Source: Candidatus Cryptobacteroides sp. (GTDB lineage: Bacteria > Bacteroidota > Bacteroidia > Bacteroidales > UBA932). From it: 64,000 nt of DNA. The stretch is taken from contig JBJEJV010000043.1 of assembly GCA_051878295.1 (NCBI GenBank), positions 10,022 to 74,021 of the forward strand, in the 5' to 3' direction. Made by a program: the position numbers and the translations under genes. The notes beneath the pieces were generated by a model, which was not told the origin of the DNA, searched no databases, and saw only the letters and a list, made by a program, of their open reading frames with translations. This document shows, in pieces, positions 41,076-49,831 of the stretch; the stretch's first letter is position 1; each line of letters opens with the position of its first letter.

Positions 41076-42371
41076 ATGCACCTTAAAAAAGGAATAACGC
41101 TTCTGACGGCAGCGCTTGCGACAGCGCTGTTCTTTCTTGCAGTCTCCGCTTTCAGCAAAAAGTCAGGAAGCGAAGATGAGGAAATGGCCGCAAGATTCCC
41201 CGTCAATCTCAACGAGACCCTTTCCAACGAGATGTCCGACACCTCGATTCTTGCGGGCATCGACACCAAAGTCAAGGAATATATGACCTACTGGGGGCTC
41301 AAGGGCGTGTCGCTCGCGATGATGAGGAACGATTCCCTCCTCTATGCCAAGGGCTTCGGCCAGGCGGACACCGACAGGCCGATGGAGCCGGGGAACGTCC
41401 TCAGGATAGCCTCCGTCTCCAAACTCGTGACCGCAGTAGGGATAATGGTGCTCCAGGACAGGGGCCAGCTCAGCATCAAGGACACGGTCTTCGGTCCGCA
41501 GGGCATCCTGAACGATTCGATCTATGTCGCAGCCTTGAGGGACCCGCTCTACAAGACCATCACCGTCGAGGACCTTCTGCGCCACCGGGGAGGATTCTCA
41601 AGGAAAGGGGGCGACCCGATGTTCTCCACGAGATGGATAATGATGCAGCACGGGCTGGACAGCGTCCCGACCCAGGAGCAGCTGATGGAGATGCAGCTCA
41701 AGAGGCCTCTCAAGTTCGCCCCGGGCACTTCCCACGACTATTCCAACTTCGGCTACCTGGCCCTTTCGATGATCATCGAGAAAGTCTCCGGTACGGACTA
41801 CGAAGACTTCATGCAGGAGAATGTCCTGCGCCCGGCAGGCTGCCGCGGCTTCCATATCGCCGGAAACTACTACAAGGACAAGTTCCCCGAGGAGGTGAGA
41901 TACTATGTCCAGCACGATGACGAGCCTGCGGATGAGTTCAACAACAGCGGCAGGAAGGTGACAAGGTGCTACGGAGGCAACAACGTCACGGGCCTTTCCG
42001 GAGCCGGAGCCTGGGTGGCTTCCGCTCCCGAACTCGCCCTGCTGGTAGCATCCATCGACGGCAGGCCGGAAGTCCCCGACATCATCAGCCCCGAAAGCGT
42101 GGCCGCGATGACTGAATATGTCGATGAAAACACCTACTCCCTCGGCTGGAACGACACCAAACCCGACAATGGATGGACGAGGACCGGGACTTTTGCGGGC
42201 ACGAGCGCCCTTGTCAAGTATTTCCCTGACGGGGAATGCTGGGTGTTCATCACCAACACCAGCACCTACAAAGGGCCGGGACTGGCACGCTACACCGGCG
42301 AGCTGTTCGACAGGCTGAGGGCTTCATATTCAGACAAATTCCCGAAAAGGAATCTTTTCTACGAAGACTGA
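41076..42371 (+). CDS. Serine hydrolase, beta-lactamase-related family
   Basis: N-terminal anchor; IASVSK (SxxK), LLRHRGG, YSNFGY, RTGT. Confidence 0.85.
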   Translation: MHLKKGITLLTAALATALFFLAVSAFSKKSGSEDEEMAARFPVNLNETLSNEMSDTSILAGIDTKVKEYMTYWGLKGVSLAMMRNDSLLYAKGFGQADTDRPMEPGNVLRIASVSKLVTAVGIMVLQDRGQLSIKDTVFGPQGILNDSIYVAALRDPLYKTITVEDLLRHRGGFSRKGGDPMFSTRWIMMQHGLDSVPTQEQLMEMQLKRPLKFAPGTSHDYSNFGYLALSMIIEKVSGTDYEDFMQENVLRPAGCRGFHIAGNYYKDKFPEEVRYYVQHDDEPADEFNNSGRKVTRCYGGNNVTGLSGAGAWVASAPELALLVASIDGRPEVPDIISPESVAAMTEYVDENTYSLGWNDTKPDNGWTRTGTFAGTSALVKYFPDGECWVFITNTSTYKGPGLARYTGELFDRLRASYSDKFPKRNLFYED

Positions 42372-42413
42372 CGACTATTTTTGCTATCTTTACACGACAA
42401 CAGAAGTGTAGAG

Positions 42414-43535
42414 ATGGTTGAGGAGAGAGATTTCGCCTGGATAGGCATTCCCTTCGCGGCAGGTACGGCCGCAGGTTTCATTTTGTCGGACACGGCCGAT
42501 GCCGGCCATATCCGTTCAGCAGCATCACTGACATATTCCGCGACAATCGTGATTGCATTGTTCCTGCTCTCACGCAGAGGACGCGGCCGCCCCCTGTCCC
42601 CTGCCCCGAGGCTGGAGACCGCGCTGATGTTCCTCGTCTGCGGACTGTTCTGCGCCTTCAACTCGACCCTGTGCGGGCTCGTCCCCGAAGTCCGGGAACA
42701 CGGCAGGCGTCTGGCGGAGGCCCTGGCCGGATTCACGGGCCTCATCGACAGGATTCCTTTCGCCGACAGCCGGACTCCCGCACTGGTTAAAGCCCTCCTG
42801 ACCGGAGACAGAAGCGGGCTCTCCCGTGAGACCGTCCAGTGCTTCCGCGAAGCCGGGGCCTCCTACATCCTCGCCCTGTCAGGACTCCATCTCGGGATAA
42901 TCTACCTGTTCCTGTCCAGGATGACATCGCCTTTGGGCAACAGCCCTTCCGCACGAGTCCTGAGATATTTCCTGACGACCGGCGCCTCACTCGCCTACTG
43001 CATTGTCACCGGCGCCGGGCCCTCCCTTGTCCGGGCCTTCCTGTTCATCCTGGCAGGAGAGACGGCAGGGATTCTGCACAGGGTGAAAGTCCCGGCATTG
43101 ACCCTGATGGCCGCGATGACAATCCAGCTGGCAATCAAGCCGGAAGTGATAGCCTCCCTCGGCTTCCAGCTTTCCTATCTCGCGATGACGGGCATCCTGC
43201 TGGTCTATCCCCGCCTGGAGAGAATCTATCCGGAAAGCAAGTCCCGCGTCCTGAAAAAGGCGGACCCGGCGAGGAGAATATGGCAGAGCGCGATGCTCTC
43301 CGTCTCCTGCCAGCTTTTCACCGGTCCTTTGGTATGGCTTCGCTTCCACACCTTCCCGAGCTATTTCATCATCACCAATCTGACGGCGCTGCCCCTGACG
43401 AGCGCGGTGATGCTGCTCTCCGTCTCGGCCGTCATCCTCTCGGCGGCCGGACTGTGCCCGGACTTCCTGGTCAGGCTGGATGAATATGCCGTCACGGCCC
43501 TGGTTTTCTGCCTGAAAACCATAGCTTCGTTATAG
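42414..43535 (+). CDS. comEC: ComEC/Rec2 competence membrane domain
   Basis: ALLTGDR, LALSGLHLG, PSLVRA, GFQLSY, FIITNL. Confidence 0.88.
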   Translation: MVEERDFAWIGIPFAAGTAAGFILSDTADAGHIRSAASLTYSATIVIALFLLSRRGRGRPLSPAPRLETALMFLVCGLFCAFNSTLCGLVPEVREHGRRLAEALAGFTGLIDRIPFADSRTPALVKALLTGDRSGLSRETVQCFREAGASYILALSGLHLGIIYLFLSRMTSPLGNSPSARVLRYFLTTGASLAYCIVTGAGPSLVRAFLFILAGETAGILHRVKVPALTLMAAMTIQLAIKPEVIASLGFQLSYLAMTGILLVYPRLERIYPESKSRVLKKADPARRIWQSAMLSVSCQLFTGPLVWLRFHTFPSYFIITNLTALPLTSAVMLLSVSAVILSAAGLCPDFLVRLDEYAVTALVFCLKTIASL

Positions 43536-43551
43536 GGAATATGTCCGGGGA

Positions 43552-44220
43552 CTATCTGAAGAGGGAACGGACAGCCCTTGCCGCCTCCTGGAAAACGGTG
43601 ACGATGAAAGCCTCGATTCTTTTGGCGAGGGACAGGGACGGGTCCAGCATCGCAGGAATCTGCTTGGCATCGGAAGTGCTCGCCAGGATTCCCGGGGCGA
43701 GGACACGGGGAACGCCGGCGCGGCAAGGCTTCTCGCCGCAGCCATAGTCGAAGAAGGACTGTGTGAATATGTCGGAAGGTATCGCCACCCTGGCGAAAGC
43801 GTCATACGGCACGAACAGCATCGCGGTATCATACAGATGGCAAGGGACCGGGATGGTGGAATCCGGCTCAAGCAGCTTTCCTCTCTTCAAACGCCCGCCG
43901 TACAGAGGCTTGCCGTCCTGGTCGGCCACAGTACAGGCGATTATGGCCTTGTGGCGCAGGAAGCCCGAATTCAGCATCAGCGAGCTGACCGCATTCTCCT
44001 TCAGGAGCACGGGCCGGCCGAGCCAGAGGCAGAAATCCGGGATGTTCTCCGGACAGGAATCCCAAAGGCTACAGCCTGCGCTGCCCTTTTCGTTCAGAAT
44101 GATGTCGATGGAGTCACCTTCCCTGGTCACCAGCTGGTCGCACTGCCTGCGGCATTCCTCCACACAGGCGGAGACTGCCTCGGGGCTCCCTTCGGAGTTC
44201 ACAACAATCCGCAGTTTCAC
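43552..44220 (-). CDS. Degenerate glycosyltransferase family 2-like protein
   Basis: DFCLWL, LYGGR...GKLLEP, LFVP, FDYG, LAPG, DPSLSLAKR recall GT2 rhamnosyltransferase-like proteins; DxD and DDGS motifs absent. Confidence 0.6.
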   Translation of the reverse strand: MKLRIVVNSEGSPEAVSACVEECRRQCDQLVTREGDSIDIILNEKGSAGCSLWDSCPENIPDFCLWLGRPVLLKENAVSSLMLNSGFLRHKAIIACTVADQDGKPLYGGRLKRGKLLEPDSTIPVPCHLYDTAMLFVPYDAFARVAIPSDIFTQSFFDYGCGEKPCRAGVPRVLAPGILASTSDAKQIPAMLDPSLSLAKRIEAFIVTVFQEAARAVRSLFR

Positions 44221-44222
44221 TT

Positions 44223-46010
44223 CTATTCGAGTTTTAGAACAGCCATAAACGCGCTCTGCGGAACCTGGACGGTACCGATCTGGCGCATCCGTTTCTTTCC
44301 TTCCTTCTGTTTCTCAAGAAGTTTTCTCTTTCTGGTCACATCGCCTCCGTAACACTTGGCGGTCACGTCCTTCCTGACCTGCTTGACGGTCTCCCTTGCG
44401 ATGATTTTGGCGCCGATTGCGGCCTGGATAGGGATGTCGAACTGCTGTCTCGGAATCAGGTCCTTGAGCTTCACGCACATCTTCCTGCCGAAATCGTAGG
44501 CATTGTCCTCGTGGATGAGGGATGAAAGGGCGTCGGCCGGTTCTCCGTTCAGGAGGATGTCCAGACGCACCAGCCGGGCCGGCCTGTAGCCGGTGATGTG
44601 GTAGTCGAAAGAGGCATAGCCCTTGGAAATGGTCTTGAGGCTGTCATAGAAGCCGAAGACTATCTCGGAGAGAGGCATATCATAGTTGAGTTCCACACGG
44701 TCGGCATTGATGAAGTGCTGGCTGACAAGAGTCCCCCTCCTGTCGAGGCAAAGTTTCATTATCGCTCCGAAGAAATCGGATTTGGAGATGATCTGCGCCC
44801 GGATGAAAGGCTCTTCGATGTGGTCTATGAGAGTCGGGGCAGGCATTCCCGAAGGATTGTGCACCTCCAGCACCTCGCCCTGGGTCGTGAAGACCTTGTA
44901 GGAGACGTTCGGCACAGTGGTGATGACATCCATATTGAATTCGCGGAAAAGCCTTTCCTGCACGATTTCGAGATGGAGCAGGCCGAGGAAACCGCAGCGG
45001 AAGCCGGAGCCCAGGGCCAGAGAAGATTCCGGTTCATAGACAAAGGAGGCGTCGTTGAGCTGGAATTTCTCGAGGACAGAACGCAGTTCCTCGAACTTGG
45101 AGGCATCCACCGGATACATACCGGCGAAAACCATAGGCTTCACTTCCTCGAAACCGGAGATTGCCTTGTCGCAAGGATTCGCGACGTGGGTGATCGTGTC
45201 TCCGACCTTGACCTCGGAAGCGCTCTTGATTCCGGAAATGATGTAGCCCACGTCGCCGCAGCTTATCTCTTCCGCAGGCTGGAGCTTCAGTTTGAGGATT
45301 CCCACCTCGTCGGCGGTATATTCCTCTCCCGTGCTGACGAACTTCACCTTGTCCCCGGCTCGGACCGAGCCGTTGACGACCTTGAAGTAGGCTATCACGC
45401 CCCTGAACGAATTGAAGACGGAGTCGAAGACCAGCGCCTGCAGAGGCCCGTCAGGATTGCCCTTCGGAGAAGGAATGCGGTCAACGATGGCATCCAGGAT
45501 AGGCGCCACTCCTTCCCCGGTCCTCGCCGAGACGCGGAAAACCTCTTCCGGACTGCAGCCGAGCAGGTCGCAGACCTCGTCGCAGACGACATCCGGCCTG
45601 GCGGAATCCATATCTATCTTGTTCAGGACCGGGATGATTTCCAGCCCGTGGTCTATCGCGAGATAGAGATTGGAAATTGTCTGCGCCTGAATACCCTGGG
45701 AGGCATCCACGACAAGCAGCGCCCCCTCGCAGGAAGCGATTGAACGCGACACTTCATAAGAGAAGTCCACGTGCCCGGGAGTGTCGATAAGGTTGAGGAT
45801 GTACTTCTTGCCATCCTTGTGATGCTCCATCTGGATTGCGTGGCTCTTGATGGTGATTCCCTTCTCCTTCTCAAGGTCCATATTGTCCAGCACCTGGGCC
45901 TCCATATCCCTGGAGGACAGAGTCTTGGTAAGTTCGAGCAATCTGTCGGCAAGGGTGCTCTTGCCGTGATCGATGTGTGCTATTATGCAGAAATTCCTGA
46001 TTTCTTCCAT
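44223..46010 (-). CDS. lepA: Elongation factor 4 (LepA)
   Basis: [51 protein letters not shown]. Confidence 0.99.
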   Translation of the reverse strand: MEEIRNFCIIAHIDHGKSTLADRLLELTKTLSSRDMEAQVLDNMDLEKEKGITIKSHAIQMEHHKDGKKYILNLIDTPGHVDFSYEVSRSIASCEGALLVVDASQGIQAQTISNLYLAIDHGLEIIPVLNKIDMDSARPDVVCDEVCDLLGCSPEEVFRVSARTGEGVAPILDAIVDRIPSPKGNPDGPLQALVFDSVFNSFRGVIAYFKVVNGSVRAGDKVKFVSTGEEYTADEVGILKLKLQPAEEISCGDVGYIISGIKSASEVKVGDTITHVANPCDKAISGFEEVKPMVFAGMYPVDASKFEELRSVLEKFQLNDASFVYEPESSLALGSGFRCGFLGLLHLEIVQERLFREFNMDVITTVPNVSYKVFTTQGEVLEVHNPSGMPAPTLIDHIEEPFIRAQIISKSDFFGAIMKLCLDRRGTLVSQHFINADRVELNYDMPLSEIVFGFYDSLKTISKGYASFDYHITGYRPARLVRLDILLNGEPADALSSLIHEDNAYDFGRKMCVKLKDLIPRQQFDIPIQAAIGAKIIARETVKQVRKDVTAKCYGGDVTRKRKLLEKQKEGKKRMRQIGTVQVPQSAFMAVLKLE

Positions 46011-46027
46011 ACTTTCTAACTGGTTTA

Positions 46028-46064
46028 CAAAAATAAATAAAAGCCGTCAAAAATCATAAGTTTG
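46028..46064. promoter_or_regulatory. Divergent -7 elements (lepA on minus; ECF sigma on plus)
   Basis: TATTTTTG (minus, 46028-46035) and TAAGTTTG (plus, 46057-46064). Confidence 0.55.
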
Positions 46065-46098
46065 GCAAAATACTTGCTAACTGGGGACATCGGCTGCC

Positions 46099-46665
46099 AT
46101 GACAGACAACGAGATTATTTCAGCAATCCGCAACGGGGAGTTGCAGGAAGCCTTCCGGGCGATAGTGGACAACTATTCCGAAAGGCTGTATTGGCACGTC
46201 CGCAGGTTCCTCTGTTCGCACGAGGACACCGACGACCTCCTCCAGGACATATTCATAAAGGTCTGGAACTCGCTGCCCTCGTTCAGGGGAGAGTCCAAGC
46301 TCTTCACCTGGCTGTACCGCATCGCCACCAACGAAGTCCTCAACCACCTCAGGAAGATGAAGATAAGGGGCATCCTGAACTTTGAAAGACTCGAAACCGT
46401 TCAGGCCGACATAATCGACAACGACCCCTGGTTCAACGGAGACGCCCTCGAGCGGAGCCTTTCAAAAGCGATTGCCTCCCTGCCTGAAAAACAGAGGCTC
46501 GTCTTTATGATGAGGTATTATGAGGAGCTGGACTACAGCCAGATTTCACAGATTCTCGGCACTTCGGAAGGCGCGCTCAAGGCATCGTACCACATTGCAA
46601 GGAAGAAGGTCGAGCAATATTTCAGGGAAAAAGGCGGACAGGACATTAAACCTCCGGAGGAATGA
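46099..46665 (+). CDS. ECF RNA polymerase sigma factor
   Basis: DLLQDIFIKVW, TWLYRIATNE, LPEKQRLVF..RYY, GALKASYH. Confidence 0.95.
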   Translation: MTDNEIISAIRNGELQEAFRAIVDNYSERLYWHVRRFLCSHEDTDDLLQDIFIKVWNSLPSFRGESKLFTWLYRIATNEVLNHLRKMKIRGILNFERLETVQADIIDNDPWFNGDALERSLSKAIASLPEKQRLVFMMRYYEELDYSQISQILGTSEGALKASYHIARKKVEQYFREKGGQDIKPPEE

Positions 46666-46702
46666 GGTGTCTTAATAGTGAAGTTTTCGAGTTATTGACA
46701 GA

Positions 46703-47068
46703 ATGGACAATAAAGACATATACAGAGTACCGGACGGCTATTTCAGCGACCTGAAATCCAGATTGTACACGATTTCTGAAGAATCCGTACCTGAGCGCAG
46801 AGGTTTCATCTCCGCGATAATGCCGTATGCGGCTCTTGCGGCCTGCTTCGCAGCTCTGGTCATCGCGGGCAACACGATTCTGAGAAAGACCGCCGGCGGA
46901 TATGTCCGCGATCCCGAGACCGAATACTATGCGGACCTTCTCGCATCCCATTCCAGCATATTCTATCAGGAAGGCGACTATTCCGACGAAAGCGCATCCG
47001 AAGACGACATAATCGACTACCTCATTGAATCAGGCACCTACGCAGGTGAATTGTTGATCGGACAGTAG
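46703..47068 (+). CDS. Single-TM protein, candidate anti-sigma factor
   Basis: YRVPDGYFSDL N-terminal motif, one TM, acidic C-terminus (DDIIDYL); directly after the ECF sigma. Confidence 0.65.
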   Translation: MDNKDIYRVPDGYFSDLKSRLYTISEESVPERRGFISAIMPYAALAACFAALVIAGNTILRKTAGGYVRDPETEYYADLLASHSSIFYQEGDYSDESASEDDIIDYLIESGTYAGELLIGQ

Positions 47069-47097
47069 CAGTACCAAAACATATATAAAGTAAAGTT

Positions 47098-47589
47098 ATG
47101 AAGAACCATTTCAGCATATTCATTTCAGCAGTTCTGCTTCTGCTCGCGTCATCGACGGTGAGCGCACAGGAGAACCGCCCCAACAACCGCAACAAAGGAG
47201 ACTGGGAGGACAGCATGAAGGCGGAGAAAATCGCCTTCTTCACCGACGCCCTCGAACTTACCAGCGAAGAAGCCGAGAAGTTCTGGCCGGTTTACAACAA
47301 ATGCGACAAAGAGAAGCGCAAGGCTTTCGACGCACAGATGAAAGCATTCGGCGAGCTTGACGAAGCTGTAAGGAACAACAAGAGCGCAGGCGAGATTTCC
47401 ACTCTGCTCGATGCCTACATCAATTCGATGGACAAAAGGAATGAAATCGACAGACAGTACATCGCCGAATACAAGAAAATCATTTCTGAACAGAAAATCG
47501 CAAAACTTTTCCTGACTGAAGAGACGTTCAGGCGTCATCAGCTCAACAAACTGAAAAAGGGGGAAAAAGGGTCCAACGGCGGCAGATGA
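47098..47589 (+). CDS. Periplasmic helical protein (Spy/CpxP-like)
   Basis: Sec signal VSA-QE; EKIAFFTDALELTSEEAEKFWPVYN, helical charged body. Confidence 0.7.
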   Translation: MKNHFSIFISAVLLLLASSTVSAQENRPNNRNKGDWEDSMKAEKIAFFTDALELTSEEAEKFWPVYNKCDKEKRKAFDAQMKAFGELDEAVRNNKSAGEISTLLDAYINSMDKRNEIDRQYIAEYKKIISEQKIAKLFLTEETFRRHQLNKLKKGEKGSNGGR

Positions 47590-47605
47590 TGCCGGTCCGG
47601 CATCA
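47587..47605. terminator. Short perfect inverted repeat between convergent genes
   Basis: TGATGCCGG-T-CCGGCATCA at the junction of two stop codons; no long U-tract. Confidence 0.45.
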
Positions 47606-48400
47606 ATCCTGCCTGTCGAGCAGATAGGCGTAAACGAGGGAAGCGTACTCAGGAGTACGTTTCCCTTTTTCGTCGCAGAGGGTCAGGCTACCGACGCTCT
47701 GTCCGTGGACTTCCTTGCGCCTGCGGAACTGGACTATCAGCCGGGAAGGCTCCTTGCGTTCGACAGTCTTGACTCTCAGGGTTTTCCACGGAGAGAAACC
47801 ATACATCGCAGCATAGCGCAGGAGTGTCTTCTCCTGATCGGCAGGCAGCACCAGACAGACGCGGCCTCCGGGACGGAGGGCCTTTTCTGAATATTCAAGG
47901 ACTTCCCGGAAAGAGAGCGCTTCGGTGCCTGGGTCACTTTCCGGGTCGGCCACGTGGCGGGCATTGTTCCGGCGTTCCTCGGGGGCTTTCAGGGAACTGT
48001 CGAAATACGGCGGATTGGAGACGATGAGGTCATAGCCCCTGTCTTCCTCCGTCCCGCCCGGCGCGGAGGAGGGCAGGCCGTCTGATTCCGCGAAGGAGGC
48101 GAGGCCGGTTTCTTTTGCAAAGAGGCGGTCCTTCCAGGGTGAGGAAGCGAAGTTGGCGGCTGCTTCCGCTGCCGAAGGAGCGTCGATGTCGATGGCATCT
48201 ATCCGGAAGTCGGGAGTCAAGAAGGCAAGGCGCTGGGCTATCATCAGGGCGACTGTACCAGTGCCCGTACCTATGTCCAGGACATTCCGGTCCGTGGGAA
48301 GGACTTCCGTGACGGCACCCAGAAGAACCCCGTCAGTATTGACCTTCATCGCGGAGTTCTCATTCCTTACGGCAAACTGTTTGAAGCGGAAAACGCCCAT
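47603..48400 (-). CDS. trmN6: tRNA1(Val) (adenine37-N6)-methyltransferase
   Basis: FRFKQF, AMKVNTDGVLLG, LDIGTGTG, IVSNPPYF; ATG 48400. Confidence 0.9.
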   Translation of the reverse strand: MGVFRFKQFAVRNENSAMKVNTDGVLLGAVTEVLPTDRNVLDIGTGTGTVALMIAQRLAFLTPDFRIDAIDIDAPSAAEAAANFASSPWKDRLFAKETGLASFAESDGLPSSAPGGTEEDRGYDLIVSNPPYFDSSLKAPEERRNNARHVADPESDPGTEALSFREVLEYSEKALRPGGRVCLVLPADQEKTLLRYAAMYGFSPWKTLRVKTVERKEPSRLIVQFRRRKEVHGQSVGSLTLCDEKGKRTPEYASLVYAYLLDRQD

Positions 48401-48462
48401 ATTCCTACATATTGACATATTCAGTTCCCGGATTCACCCTTCGGGACGGGTCGCCACTGTCA

Positions 48463-49128
48463 TCATTCCCCGACGAAGAGGCCGTCACGCATAAAGAGGG
48501 AGCGGTCGCACATCGCTGCGAGTTCGGGATCGTGGGTCACGATGACCACAGTCTGGCCGTGGGACTTCCGCAAATCGAAGAAAAGCTGGTGGATTTCGGC
48601 CTTGGTCCGTGTGTCGAGGTTGCCGGAAGGCTCATCCGCGAAAAGGATGGCGGGTTTGTTGACCAGAGCCCTTGCAATCGCGACCCGCTGCTGCTCTCCG
48701 CCGGAGAGTTCGGACGGCTTGTGGTCGAGCCTGCCGGAAAGTCCCATCTCGTCGAGGAGACGCAGAGCTTCGCTCCTTGCCTCCTTCTCGTGGCGGCCTG
48801 CGACAAGAGCGGGTATCATCACGTTTTCGAGGGCGTTGAACTCGGGCAGAAGATGATGGAACTGGAACACGAAGCCGATTCTCCGGTTACGGAAGGAGGA
48901 CAGTTCCCTGCTTCCAAGATGGAGGACATCGGTCCCGTCTATGCACAGGCTGCCGCTGTCCGGGGTCGAAAGGGTGCCCAGAATCTGCAGGAGGGTGGAT
49001 TTGCCCGCTCCTGAGGCTCCCATAATGGAAACCACCTCAGCAGGAGCGACCTTGAAGTCAATCCCCTTGAGAACCTCGAGGTCCCCGAAACTCTTCTTTA
49101 TGCCTTCCGCATTGATTATCATATTCAT
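48463..49128 (-). CDS. lolD: ABC transporter ATP-binding protein, LolD-like
   Basis: [49 protein letters not shown]. Confidence 0.85.
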   Translation of the reverse strand: MNMIINAEGIKKSFGDLEVLKGIDFKVAPAEVVSIMGASGAGKSTLLQILGTLSTPDSGSLCIDGTDVLHLGSRELSSFRNRRIGFVFQFHHLLPEFNALENVMIPALVAGRHEKEARSEALRLLDEMGLSGRLDHKPSELSGGEQQRVAIARALVNKPAILFADEPSGNLDTRTKAEIHQLFFDLRKSHGQTVVIVTHDPELAAMCDRSLFMRDGLFVGE

Positions 49129-49176
49129 TTGTCTTTCTTCCCGTGGATTCCGGCGCAGTCCGCTCCACTGCATTTC

Positions 49177-49184
49177 CAAAGATA
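49177..49184 (-). promoter_or_regulatory. -7 promoter element for lolD-trmN6
   Basis: TATCTTTG on minus strand. Confidence 0.55.
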
Positions 49185-49266
49185 GAGGTTTTTCCGCAAA
49201 AGAGGAATCAGTTCAAAAAAAAGGTGAAAAAATCAGGAGAAAATTTGAATATTCAAAAAAATGCAA

Positions 49267-49274
49267 TAACTTTG
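49267..49274 (+). promoter_or_regulatory. -7 promoter element for tRNA-Pro
   Basis: TAACTTTG, 41 nt before the tRNA 5' end. Confidence 0.65.
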
Positions 49275-49315
49275 TAGTCCTTTCAGATGGGAGGGCACTC
49301 CCGGATGAGGCAAAT

Positions 49316-49389
49316 CGGGGTGTGGCGCAGTTGGCTAGCGCATCTGGTTTGGGACCAGAGGGTCCAGTGTTCGAGTCACTGTACCCCGA
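49316..49389 (+). tRNA. tRNA-Pro(TGG)
   Basis: CGGGGTG acceptor, GCGC D-stem, TCTGG-TT-TGG-GA-CCAGA anticodon arm, TTCGAGT T-loop; CCA not encoded. Confidence 0.96.
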
Positions 49390-49390
49390 C

Positions 49391-49422
49391 AAAAAGGATG
49401 ATCTTCGGGTCATCCTTTTTTT
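49391..49422 (+). terminator. Intrinsic terminator after tRNA-Pro
   Basis: AAAAAGGATGATC-TTCG-GGTCATCCTTTTTTT. Confidence 0.85.
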
Positions 49423-49564
49423 GGTTTTCCCCCGCCTTAATTATTGCAATTCTTACATACAAAAATGGACTCCGTCATACGGACGCTATTTTCTGCTCAA
49501 TATTCAATACCAGTTCCGAAAGCTACGCTAAGCTACCGCTCTGGCACGACGCAAAGCCTCTGAA

Positions 49565-49615
49565 GACACTTCTGCGGGGAAAATGTCCATTATACCGACA
49601 CTTCTGCGGGGAAAA
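49565..49615 (+). repeat. Perfect 19-bp direct repeat, two copies
   Basis: GACACTTCTGCGGGGAAAA at 49565-49583 and 49597-49615, separated by 13 nt (TGTCCATTATACC). Confidence 0.9.
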
Positions 49616-49616
49616 C

Positions 49617-49652
49617 AAAGAAGGAGATGACCGATGCGGTCATCTCCTTTTT
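49617..49652 (-). terminator. Intrinsic terminator after tRNA-Val
   Basis: AAGGAGATGACC-GATGC-GGTCATCTCCTT flanked by A/T tracts (bidirectional shape). Confidence 0.85.
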
Positions 49653-49653
49653 G

Positions 49654-49728
49654 TGGGAGCTGAGGGATTCGAACCCCCGACCCTCTGCTTGTAAGGCAGA
49701 CGCTCTGAACCAACTGAGCTAAGCTCCC
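49654..49728 (-). tRNA. tRNA-Val(TAC)
   Basis: Reverse complement GGGAGCTTAGCTCAGTTGGTTCAGAGCGTCTGC-CT-TAC-AA-GCAGAGGGTCGGGGGTTCGAATCCCTCAGCTCCCA. Confidence 0.97.
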
Positions 49729-49745
49729 GAGCGATTTTGCGAATG

Positions 49746-49753
49746 CAAAGATA
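49746..49753 (-). promoter_or_regulatory. -7 promoter element for tRNA-Val
   Basis: TATCTTTG on minus strand, 17 nt before the tRNA. Confidence 0.7.
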
Positions 49754-49831
49754 CGGAACTTTTTCATATTTCCAAAAACAATTCTCATTTTTCCCGAAAA
49801 TTGTAGCTGGGATGAGGTATATGTTCCGCTG

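Noticed and set aside
41076-42371. Acquired beta-lactamase resistance gene
   Set aside because: Generic SxxK/YxN serine hydrolase in a core operon, without class A/C/D signatures or mobile context
49364-49382. Atypical tRNA-Pro T-stem (T52-A62) and G7-U66 pair suggesting a pseudo-tRNA
   Set aside because: Cloverleaf pairs fully, identity elements C1-G72 and A73 are intact, and promoter and terminator are present
49565-49615. 19-bp direct repeat as a CRISPR array
   Set aside because: Only two copies, repeat and 13-nt spacer too short, and no cas genes in the window
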